From positions 1 to 48,126 of the forward strand of contig LWCA01000142.1 in NCBI GenBank assembly GCA_001642005.1: a stretch of DNA of 48,126 bases, written 5' to 3'. This DNA comes from Intoshia linei (Eukaryota; Animalia; Orthonectida). Made by a program: the position numbers and the translations under genes. The notes under the pieces were generated by a model. That model was not told the DNA's origin, searched no databases, and worked only from the letters and a program-made list of their open reading frames with translations. Below are positions 1 to 11,900 of this stretch, one piece after another; the stretch's first letter is position 1, and the number at the start of each line of letters is the position of its first letter.

Positions 1-795
1 ACTTATATTTATTTTTAGTATCTACTACCGATTTATTATACTTTTTATATTATTTTATTTAGTTGTATTTATTATTATTATATATTATATGATATGTATT
101 GTAGTAAATATCCATAGATATTTACTATTTATTAAAGATATATTAATATTCTATGTTACTATACTGTCCAAGAATCTTAATTATAATTTTAAATTATCAT
201 TGTATAATTAAACACCTACTCGAATAATCGACTTATTTACATGTATATTATACAATACATATTATTATACATTTATTATGCATATATAATTGTTAACGGT
301 ATTAATATGGACTAGAGTGGTCGATTTGGTGGTACCAGAAATTTTTTTAAATATATAAATGACTAATTTGTAAAATGTAAACCGAACGAAACAAACGTCG
401 TTTGTTATTAAAGATATAGTAAAATCCAATTAATCAAAAAAATATGGGAAATGCATTTTTAACCTTGAGTTAAAGCTTAAGAGTTCGTAAAATTGGATAT
501 TTTATTTTTGAGCTGGATTAAGAGTCTTTCTCGTAAGGTTTGGTAAAATCGAATTATTCAAAACAATATCGGAAAAGATTATTGACTACAACTTAAGGAT
601 TAGGGTTGTTAAAATTAAATTTTTTATTTTTGGATGGATAAGAGGTTTTTTGTAAAATCCGATTTATCAAAAAAATATTGGAAAAAGGAGATTTTTATAC
701 AAAAGGCTTAAAAAGCTACATTAAATATTATTAATGGTGAGATGCTTAAAAACTGAAACCTTAAAAATAGTTCATATAATCTTCAAATAATATAC

Positions 796-1100
796 ATAGT
801 TGGAATTATAGTAGGTGATATGACAATAACTCATTTCAATTGTATCATTATATTTAGTTGTTGTATGAGTCATATCATCACAAGCTTCAATAGATCCTAA
901 CATGTTTATTTGACCAAATAACATTCCAGAAGACGGCTTTCCAAAAGAATCCATCACTAAAATTTTATATTTACACCAAAATAATGTTGCTTTTTTCTGT
1001 GATGGTTTTAATTCTGACGACAACACTACAGTAGTTTTACAATTTTTATGACTCTTTAAAATAGTGACCGGACCATCAATCTTCTTGACTCGAGGATAGG
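796..1100 (-). CDS. NRF-domain exon(s) of an NRF-6-like protein, paralog B; the gene probably continues past the left window edge
   Basis: Translates ...MDSFGKPSSGMLFGQINMLGSIEACDD...MSYCHITY, matching the NRF-domain pattern DSxGKxxSGxLxG...LGxxxxC. It ends at a GT donor (TAT|gtatat) equivalent to paralog A's donor at 7294. Confidence 0.7.
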
Positions 1101-2192
1101 GTATGCTTAAAATAAAAACCTATTTAAACTATAAATTAAAATAATTAATAAAAAAATAACAAAAAATCAAGAGTCAGATAAAGGTCAATGACGCGTAGGA
1201 TTTGGCGCGTGGTATGTATTTTTGGCGATCATAGGTCATTAAAATTTTTTCAAATATCCCTAATTAATCCCAAAATTCTACCCTTATTACTTATTTAGAC
1301 AAAATTTTTAATTCGTTTTGTTTTGTTTTGTTTAGTTTATTTATATTTTATAAATATAACCAATATGCTTTTGAGAATTAACATTTCAAATATTTGTGAA
1401 AATTACCACGATAAAAAAGATTTTTGTCTTTCCAAATGGAATATAAATCATTACGACATCCATGTGAAAATTTATCACATTTTATTATTGAAAAAAATGC
1501 AATAAATGATAAAATAATTTTCATCTTTTTATTCTTTTACTAGGATTTGACTTAACGATATTTTATTTTAGTTGTGTAAACTTTACATTAAACATTTAGA
1601 TTTCATTGTTTACACATTAATCTTTAGTTAATTCAAACCGTTGGAAAACCAAATACATGTATACTAAATGCAGTGGCGACTCGTAGACAAAATAATTGGT
1701 GGGGCTACAAAAAAAATAGATATTATTTAAAAAAATTATTTATTTATAAATTTCATTCGATAGTTTTTTCATGTTACAAACTCTTCAGTGACAGTGTCGT
1801 TAAAATGTTCAATAGAAATTACAAATTATGTGTAATGTATTGAATTTTAATATGGCTATTACACTGTTGATTAATGATAATAAACATTAATGATATTATT
1901 ACATTTTACTATTTTTAAACACTTGAAAGTTTAATAGAGGGGGATATACATATGATAAATATCCAGTTCTAAAGCTTATTAATAAACTTGTAATTATGCC
2001 AGTTAAAATTCCTATCATTGGTTTTTTAAATTGAAAATTTGAAATGTAAAGCATACATGTATATAAATAATTTTCTGTATATCAGAGCTTTTATAATACG
2101 GATGCTTGTGATGATCGATATAATTAATTTAGTAGAGGTCATCAAAAAATTCAAAAATTTAAACTTTACGACATAAATTTGATGTCATACAG

Positions 2193-2490
2193 CAGGGGTC
2201 GGCAACCTTTTGCATCTCGCGAGCTACTTTTTTTATCAAAAAATTCTACGAATCGCGTTTTTGAAGATTTACACACTATAAATTTCAATTTTAACTGAAG
2301 AGAAAAGGTTCTAGTATATTCAACAAAATAATATATTAAAACGATCTGAAAATTTAAAACTAAAATGATTATAATGAGCCAATTATGGTAGAAAAGTGTT
2401 TAAAAGTTGAAAAATTTAAAAATAAATAATTTACATATTTACTCACAGGGCCACTAAAATTATTTTGTAGCCACTGGTTGCCGACCCCTG
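2193..2490. mobile_element. hAT-type MITE
   Basis: 15-bp TIRs caggggtcggcaacc / ggttgccgacccctg; imperfect 8-bp flanks tcatacag/tcataaaa; a degenerate copy lies at ~4407-4730. Confidence 0.8.
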
Positions 2491-4049
2491 TCATAAAAAT
2501 TTAAAAAACTATTATATTAACATTTTTAAATGACAATAAAAGATTACTTGTATAATATTATTATTATTATTATCGGGGCAGATATAAAACATAGCCATCG
2601 CATACACTATACAATTAAATATGTATATTGTAGACTAGTTAAGGTAATTAATATTATCAAGTATTAATATAATTGTAACAGTTGTATTATATATTAATAT
2701 TATGATTATGTATATTTAAAAATTGTATTAATAATATTTAATACCCCTGGACCGTTTATGTCGTATATATTTTGAATAAAAAAATATTTTTTCCACGCAG
2801 AAATATCACAATAATACAAGCCTCTTTGACCTACGTCATATTCGTATTGATGTTCGTCATCAATCAAGAAATATAAATATATTACGATCGTCATATAATA
2901 CATTGGCAATAATCTGAATAATTATAATAATTCAATAATTATTTAAACTTAAAATTTTAAAGTATATAAATCGACACTATATTAAAACTTACTTTAAAAA
3001 GCGGTTTAAATAGTAATCTATCCAATGAATCCGAATCGAGTCTATTTTTTTAAATATACAAAACAGTGTATATGAACTGAGAAAAGATCTATCATATTTA
3101 TTATTATCACATTAAAGTGTAATGATTACACCTTTAAACTATAAATTATAAAGTTACAAAATTACGAAATAACAAAAAATGTGTCAGCATGAAAAAAAAT
3201 TGCAAAACGAAATAAGCAAATAGGGCATTCTTAACGTCCAGGATTTAATTTGATATTCATAAAATAATGGATTAGCTAAATTGTATCAATTAATGGCATT
3301 TAATATTTATTATTTATTAACGCAAGTTATTTTTTTATTATTTTTCAAATTCTATCTTAAAACCTGGGATGTGGAGAGCGAACAGTGGAATGGGGTAAAT
3401 GAAAAATAAAAATAAAACATTGCCATATGAAATTTTTAAATTGACTCATTTTATTATGAATCGTTGAAACTGGCAAGTTTCAACTACCAATATGGTGAAA
3501 GTCTAAATTAATATTTAAATACCCTGATAATCATTGTCTATTGGGACGGTGTACGTTAAATATGGCGATTATCATAATATCCAAGAGTTCAGTATGTTAT
3601 AAAATTATTTTATATGTTATTTAATAGAACGTATAAACACTTACGAGCATTAGACATTCTATCTGAAATATAATGACCGTATATTATCCCCAAAGCACCA
3701 ATAACTCGAAGTCTGTATATTACAGTTATTTCTTTATCACTTTTATTTACATCTTGAACATTAAAAATCAATTTCATGTTGTGTATTAATGAAAATGATT
3801 TCAAATGTTGACTTGTCGGCACTAAAATAAAATTAATAAATCATCATAAAGTTGTAATTTATAAGTGATGTTCTGGATATGCCTGCGTCGCCCGAAGAAG
3901 AAAATGCTTTTTTAAGCGTTTAATTATAATTGGATTGTTTTTAAGATTATAGACGCATTTTCTATATTCAATTAAAAAATCTGTCTCGAAATTAACAAGT
4001 CAATCCTCGGCAGAACTGCTGTTTGAAAGCAGAGCTAGTTATATATTTT

Positions 4050-4399
4050 ATAACTATAACTAGGGCTGTTTTCATTAAAAAAAAAATTTGGGGTTTTGGT
4101 TTTGAAGATATATTTTTTTTAATTTAAATATATGATAATGTTTATGGTTTTAAAATCCGTATCAGAGTATATATATTTTTTTTAATTCTCGAACACGTTT
4201 AATTTAAAAAAAACAATTGGGCTTTTTTACACGTAAGATATGAGTTTGGGAGGTTGGAATTTATTTTGCTAACACCTCCGGAAAAAACTGTAATTGAAAT
4301 GTGGAATTTATAAAATTTCAAGACTGGTAGTTATTGAAATAAACAGGAACACACAGATACACAAACAAATATTGTGTAGCATATTATATAAGTTAGGAT
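4050..4399 (-). mobile_element. Partial copy of a Helitron-like non-autonomous repeat family
   Basis: Reverse complement of the repeat at 12875-13428, 22156-22588 and 24099-24539; shared blocks include aaacagccctag and tttatttcaataactaccagt. Confidence 0.7.
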
Positions 4400-4406
4400 A
4401 AACAAC

Positions 4407-4730
4407 AAGGATCGGAAACCTTTTGCATTTCATGGGTTACTTTTTTATATCAATAAATTCTATGGCCCCGTTTTTCAAATTTCCACGTGATAAATTTTAA
4501 TTGTAACAAAACAGAAACGGTTCTAATATATTAAACAAAATAAAATTCAGGACAATCTGAAAATTCACTATTAAAATGATTATAATGAGCCAATTAGTAG
4601 AAAATATATAAAACGGTGTTTAAAAGTTAAAAAATTTAAAAATAAATAATTTACTCATTTACATTTACTAAATAAATATTTGCTCAACGGGCCATAAAAA
4701 TTATTCAGTGGGCCATTGGTTGCTGAGACC
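4407..4730. mobile_element. Degenerate second copy of the 2193-2490 hAT MITE
   Basis: Shares internal blocks (aaaatgattataatgagccaatta; gtgtttaaaagtt.aaaaatttaaaaataaataattta) and has decayed TIRs. Confidence 0.7.
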
Positions 4731-5366
4731 TAATTTACAATATAATATATAATTGAATTATATATGTTACATTTATAAACGTAATGATTTATCGTGTAGT
4801 ACAAAGTCGCAAAAATCTAAATTAACAGCAATGTTATTATAAATATACTAAAAAAATAAAATAAATACATGGTATGGTGGGCCGTTATTTTATTTACCAT
4901 ATATAAAAATTCCCATTACCAAAAAATTTTGTTTCAAATTTAAATTAAAATTACAACAATGATTACTACAAGTAATACAACTTTGTTATTATCATTTTTA
5001 TATTTATTACAATCCTTTGAAATATTGGTAAAATTCACCTGAATATGTTTATAAAGTGCTGATTCCGTTAATTATTAATACACAATTGGTATTTTTAAGT
5101 ATTTATTAAATTCGTACTGAATATATATTATCACATTGAAAATGACAAAATAGGTCATTATAATTTTATTTTTTATGAAATTTATGCTATTTATGACAAT
5201 TTTTAGGATTGGACTGTTTTTACTTTATTTTAATATTATACACACATTCTGTCTAATAAATTAAAAAAATGGGATGACAATTGTTTTTAAAATTCTTTAC
5301 ACAAATGTTAACAAACAAAATTAAGATGGAATAATTCACTTTAAAGTAAAAAGTAATGTGATATTA

Positions 5367-5523
5367 AGGTTCCACCTGAAACAAGTTTGCAAACCACTCC
5401 TTTAAATAATTGATAATAGTGAATAGTAGGATTTTCAACTTCCATTAATTTTTTTGGTAGAATAAAAATGTGCCATCAGCAGAGCTAGGTGCTGTTTTTA
5501 TATAGTACATAACAGTCAACCTA
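5367..5523. repeat. Dispersed ~160-bp repeat with a full copy at ~32632-32801 and end fragments at ~4005, 28258 and 38925
   Basis: ggttccacctgaaacaagtttg...gcagagctagg.gctgttt...tagtacataacagtcaaccta is shared between the copies. Confidence 0.7.
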
Positions 5524-6599
5524 ATGTAGCATATGATGTAGTATAAATATAATAAACTAACAATAAAATATTACATCAAAATAATATGTTGATAACTAAA
5601 GTATGCCAATTCGATTGTTAAATTTGGTCTGCACTGAATATGCACTAGTTTAAAAATAATAAGACTACAAGTATTACAAAATAATTAAAATAAAATAAAA
5701 ATGAAATAAATAGTCAAGCCATAAAAGTTCAATTGTGACTTTAAAATGATTTCGGAATTTCAATAAACCAAATTCATAATAATTATAATACACATTCAAT
5801 AAAATGTATATTGCACAATGCAGAGATAGACAAACATTTTCTCAACGCCACTGATAGGATATAGTGCCGTCTATTCACATTTTCATAATAGTAAAAAAAT
5901 TTTTCGCAATCCTTCGAAAAATTTTCCTAGAAAAGTTATTCTTTATTTGATTAAAAAGCAGAATGTTAATTTACATTATTATTTGAAAAAATGTTTTATA
6001 AAAAAATGAAAGTATCGTGTCACATTAATCAACTGTAGTAATGTATGTATTTAAATTTTCTAATTTTAATTTTTTTTAAAATTAGGACGTCTACATTGTT
6101 TAATCAATCATTTATCACCTAAATATTAAAAATAACAGTTGCAAATAACATTGGTCATCATAATTTTGAAATACTAAAGAAAGTTTCTAACATTACCTAT
6201 TAATAAATTAAAATATTAGGGCCTAATATTTGTAGATCTGGGTCATATGACCCCTAGCACCTGTTCACAGCACTGGTCAGTGGTCAAATTATGATCAAAA
6301 ATATGTATAAACTATTTAAACTGAATTTGGGAAGTGATATCAATTTTGTCATTAGAATCTAATGATTAGATTTCATTTATGTAATTACGTGGTATATTTA
6401 GAATATTTCCAATCGCTTCCACGTTACTCTGTAGATTCGATATACAATTATAAGGTACACACATACCATATTTAGGATTCATCTAAATTTCGAGTTATAA
6501 TAGTTTTCATCCATATTTCAATATTAATATCATAAATAAATTTTTCACAGTGACCCACAATTTTAAATATACAAATCCCATTGACCCTAAAAAATAATA

Positions 6600-7124
6600 A
6601 AGGGTGTACCATTTAGAACAGTGCACTTGTTAAAACATTTCATATTATGAGTGCACCAACGAAATAAATAACAAATCAACTGTATAAAAACAACTTCATA
6701 TTAATTTTTTGAAATGTTAACTACGAGTGAAAGAATATTTCTTGTCGAGCTATTAAATTAATAATTAATCGAGTTTAAAATATTCACCAATGTCTCGTTA
6801 TCTAACGCCAAGTGATTTTTATTTGTGGGGAACAATAAAATGTAAAATTTATAAAAATTCCCCTTCAAATATAGAATCCCTAAAAACCAATATCATCAAC
6901 AGTATTAACTCAATTAGCACTCTAAAATTATCTAATGTTTACAACAATTTCCTTAAACGCATTGATTTATGTATCCAATCTGATGGTGGAACATTTATTG
7001 TAAATTAAATAATTTTATTATTAAGCAAATTTAATTGTTACTATTATATTATTAAAAATATAGTGAAAATCTTTTTTGATAAATTTCTTAATTTCAAGTG
7101 CACTTTTTTAAATGGTACACACTG
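6600..7124 (+). mobile_element. Internally deleted Tc1/mariner-superfamily (maT/rosa-like) element retaining the transposase C-terminus
   Basis: ~28-bp imperfect TIRs (gtgtaccattta.aa.agtgcacttg / caagtgcacttttttaaatggtacac). ORF 6790-7008 LTPSDFYLWGTIK..IY..P..ESLK..I..NF.KR..LCI..GG.F matches the DDxD transposase C-terminal motif. Confidence 0.8.
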
Positions 7125-8226
7125 GAGTTTGTAAATGTACCAAATACAAGTGTAATTTAAATTGTAAGTAGTCAGAAGAATTTTTCCCGGTTCTAATAAT
7201 GCCTCAATAATCTAAAAAAAATCACGGACCCTGGGCCAAGGGGTCCATAGGGAACACTTTGGCGCGACTGGTCTACAATGTATATAACATTACATATGCT
7301 GAAGAAGAATATACAATTTGACAATAATTCATTTCGACTGAAGCAGTAATATTTGAAATATTAAGATCACTGCAAGCCTCTATTGATCCGTGCATGTTAA
7401 GTTGTTCATATAATATCCCTGAAGATGGTTTTCCAAAAGAATCAATAACTAAATATTAACGTAATTAATATTCCAATATGTCTTTGCATCTGAGTAAATC
7501 AGTTTATATCAGTAATTTGCAATCTGTGGATATTTATCCATATGTGGGTAATTTGATATTTTTCATGCGTAATCGTGAAATTCGTTCTAAAAAAATAAGA
7601 CATTTTTTTAGTTTTTTTTGCGTCGCATGCACAGTAACGTATAAAACATATTTTTTCTTAAATTATATAATAATGTATCATTTTACATGACTCATGTAAT
7701 AAATGAATATTGATTGATAATATTTTAGTATAGAAATAAATGATGTTAAAGAGCCGCAAATTGCGGCCCGCAATCTGTATTATTTACGAATATATAAAAT
7801 TGACTGTGGTGTAGTTTATTTCAAAAATTAACTGTTCTAGAATTTAAAAAAATCAATTTTCTAGTATCATTTTGTCTTATTAATGATTTCAAGAGCAAGT
7901 TAAATTTTCATATATTGAGTTCTTCATAGTTAAAAACCCAATTTCCCCTTTTTATAAAAGTAAGAAATTATATACATATATTCTAGAAATAAGAGTTTTA
8001 AAAAATTTATATAGCTTTTATTCTAAGAACCTGGCCATTCAACATGCAGTTAAAAAATAATGGGGTAATATCAAAATAAGGACTATAATATGGGTAATTT
8101 AGTAAAAAAGGTTGGAAAAGCTAGTCTATATCAATACAATTCGGTACAGAATTGGTACTACACAACATATATTGTAATTCTCTTATCTGTATAATTTTTT
8201 TTGTTTTTGATTTAAAAATAATTATA

Positions 8227-8525
8227 CAGTAAACTCTATTTATAAGAACACTTTCTATAAAAACATATTTGAACATTTCCATAGTTTACTAAACTTTCTG
8301 CATTAATTCACTAACATTTTCATTATGTACTAAAATTTAATCTAAACTTGAGACTAGACTAAAGTGGCCAGAAAAAATACGTACTATCAATTTTAGTTTA
8401 TTTGATCATAAATGTAAAGCCAAAACTATCCAATCTATGATAACGAATAAAAATTTAACTGTAAACTAATGTTCGACTATATATATAAGAACAACTCAAA
8501 CACTGTTCTTAGACAAAGTTTATTG
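8227..8525. mobile_element. pogo/Tigger-like MITE containing a half copy of the 23833-24004 MITE
   Basis: TA-flanked imperfect TIRs cagtaaactc..ataagaaca / tgttctta..aaagtttattg; 8360-8460 matches the left arm at 23833. Confidence 0.55.
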
Positions 8526-8973
8526 TATTTTGCTTTAGATGTGCTATTTTCCATTAAAAATCTTTTACTACAATAAATAATATTTATTAAATACCCACCT
8601 AATATGTAAATAAATGTTTTAAATTTGTATAATTATGAAAATAATGTTATTTGGTAGTACCCGATATATTTAAATTTGTTCAAAATGTATAAAGATAAAA
8701 TAAATGGGAAAATCAAAAAGGTTGAAAAACGGGAAACGATAAATAAATAAGGTTTAAAAACAAAAATAAAAAAATAAAAAAACCTAAAAAAAGCTATTTC
8801 TTATCATAATAAATATATTGCAAATCATGAATACATTCCTCAGTAAGTTTGTCTCCTCTTACATCAATTAAAAAAACAATTCAAGCAAAGCAAAAATACA
8901 TCAATCTACTAAATTTCAAAATATATAAAGTTGATAATGTAAACAATTTATTAACCAAATGAAACAAAATAAT

Positions 8974-11900
8974 TTATTTGGAAGATAACAAAATACCCTT
9001 CTTGTTATACAATGGTGGAGGAGAGATTTCTGAAAATATACTTTTTTGACCATTCAATACGTCTCTATCGATATCAATGATACTTTCTTGTGGTTTTTTC
9101 ATTTTTTCAAGTGTATTAATTGGTTCAATTGCGCTAGATTTATTTACACAGGAGCAAGAACATTTACAAACACGTGTGTAAAATAAATCTGAGATTAATT
9201 CAAAAAATTCAAAAATTGTCATTGCTGAGAATCCAATATACAATCCCAAAATACCACCAACATCGGATATTAAAGAAAAGAACTAATTTTTAATAAAATT
9301 AATGATTCGAATAAAATAGATTAAAATTTTGTACCAAATATGACGGTTCTTCAATAATAGTTTCATAGTTAAATTCTTGATAATAAATATTTATCTTTAA
9401 AATGTTATCAGAGAATGTGTCTTTTTCAGGTGTATCGGATATAATGGCATCCAATCCAGGTTTAGTTTTTAAGTCTTTTCTTAGTTTTTTCTAATTTCTC
9501 AAATTAAATTAAATAATGATATAATTGAATTATATCAGTTAAACTGTACCGTCTAATCCAGGGGTGCACAACCTTTCCAATAAATCAGCCGAAAAATTAC
9601 TTTATTCATTGATACTACGGTCGCACTTTAATTTTACATTACAAAAATTTACTTTGATATTGAGAAGTAATTTTGAGAAGTCAAAAATGTAACTTTGATA
9701 AAAATATTTTTAATTGCCCTTAAATAAAATCTGTTTTAAACTATTTTATTTTGACGTAAAATGGTATATTTCATTGCATTGTAATGCAACCACAAAATTT
9801 AATTAAGTCATTTTATCAAGATGCCCATTGTGGATATGCTTATATAGTTATAAAGGTTCGAAATATTTCCCATCTTAACAATGCCAACATTTTAATCGGT
9901 CAATTCTTCCATTATTGCAACTATCATGTTCCACTATGTAATGGGATATTGCACTATGATCAAATGGATTACCCACTGCAGCACATAAACGCTTTAACGG
10001 CCGCAGGTTGTACTCCCCTGGTCTAATCATTCAAAATTCAAATTTTAAACATACGTTCTATAGACATGATTTAGAAACTAATTTTTAATTTTTTGTGTTA
10101 TCATTTTTTACATTATTAATACATGTCATGTCATGTTATTCAACTTTTTTTAGAACTCATTTTTTAAAATTATTAACGGATGTAATGTTAAAAATCTTCA
10201 AAAAGGTAAAATAATCAAAGTGATTATAATATTTAGTCCAACGTTGAGGTGAGGGGTATTTAAATTTAATTTAATTTAATTTAATTTCATTTTGTGGTTT
10301 ACTTCGTATTTTAATGAAGGCCATTTATAAGATGATAAAATGGAGCTATATGCTGTTTCTCTAAATTTACATTTTTATTTGAGAAATATTAGTATTACTG
10401 GCACGGAGAGGGACATGAACAATTTAATTTGTTTTGATTGAATAATGTTGATACTGAATCCATGCAGGTTTCTAAATAAAGTCATTTTATAATGAAAAGA
10501 TTAAACAGTTCATTGTTCTAAGCCCGTGTGTCCCAACCTTTTATACCACATTACCCATAGTATAGTAATTATTTTGATATTATCAACAATATTTTTTTAA
10601 CTGCATATTGGATGGCCAGGTTTTTAGGATAAGAGCCATATAGATTTTTTAATAATTAAATAAAAATTTTTAAAAAACTAATTTCACCAAATATATAAAA
10701 TAGTTTTTGATTTTTACGTATTATAACGTATTGAGTATTACGTACAAAAAGAAAATATCTTATCTTGTAGAAAAAGGGTTGTTGGTTGAACTAAATTGGT
10801 TCCGCGCATGTTTTAATAATGACATTTAATAAATAAATATACTTTCGATTTCATCAGTGTATTTACAATTTTTGACATCTCTGTAGCCAAATGCGCTGCC
10901 ATATTTAGGAACTTCGTAGGTGGCACAATTGCATGTATCTATTAAATGTTTTTGGAGGCAAGTTTTAAGGCAAGACTACGTTTATTGTATTCTTTCAATA
11001 TAAAATGTATAAATTTGAAATTTACTGGAGTATTGTATCGAATTGGATATAATTCTTCATAAATATTATTAGTAATGTTGCTAACTTTAATATCCACGCA
11101 TGAACCATATGGAAAACCTTGTCGGCTAATACTTGTTTTTTTAATGGCTAATGAAGTTAAAGATCCAGGTTGAACACTGTAACCTAAAATGTGTAACTTT
11201 ATTATGATTTATTGCATTTTATAAAGTAAATATTCTTATCCCAACCATTTTTACTTAAATCACACCAATTTTACTAAAAATCCACTTTCACCTTCCTTTT
11301 ATGGAAAATTCTACTTTTACTTACTCGTAATCAGGGATTGGAATTAATTGATTGCAACCAATTTAATTGCAATTAATTGGTAAAAATTATTGAAAAATAT
11401 CATAATCAATTTAAAAAACTGTCATATGGTTATAATGAATACTAGGATGTTGTTTGTTCGAAGTACATCAAAGTCAAACTAGTAGGTTAAATACATCATT
11501 TTTCTGTTCATTAATTAATTTTTTTATCCAACCAATCGTCAATAAAAGGATTCAATTTATATTTTTTCAGTTATATAAAAAAAACCAATTAATTGAAAAT
11601 TATCTTTTTATTTTTATTAATTGAAAAATTAATATTTAGCAAACAATTAATTGGTTTATACAATATAATTAATTGCAATCAATTATTTCCAATCCCTGTT
11701 TGTAAGTGAAAAATCCAGTTTTATTAACCCTTAAGGGAAAAGTCCTGTCGCAAACAATTTCTGAAAAAGTATGCGTTTGTAACAATTCCAATCATCGATT
11801 ATAAGTTGATTAAGTGCACGCATTACAAAATCTTTTCTAAGAAAAAAAAAGCTACCATGTTTTCGATGTCTATCGTGAAAAAAAGATTGGATGTAATTGA

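Larger units (their letters stand above)
2570..7580 (-). pseudogene. NRF-6-like (NRF + acyltransferase-3) gene, paralog A; truncated and frameshifted
   Basis: Exons: 7294-7448 (IDSFGKPSSGILYEQLNMHGSIEAC...NYCQI); ~4955-5070 (KDC...VVLLVVIIV); ~3645-3821 (SFSLIHN..IF..RLRVIGALGIIYGH); ~3165-3275 (DTFFVIS after a homopolymer frameshift); 2993-3088 (SFLSSY..HWIDYYLNRFL); ~2747-2913 (LLPMYY..C..AWKKYFFIQN); ~2575-2612 (CMRWLCFISA). Motif order matches NRF-6-type OAT proteins. In-frame stops occur near 7510 and 5797. Confidence 0.65.

Noticed and set aside
6235-7272. GC-rich hairpin-like patches (~6240 and ~7230) as tRNA or ncRNA
   Set aside because: No cloverleaf or A/B boxes; they resemble MITE subterminal palindromes.
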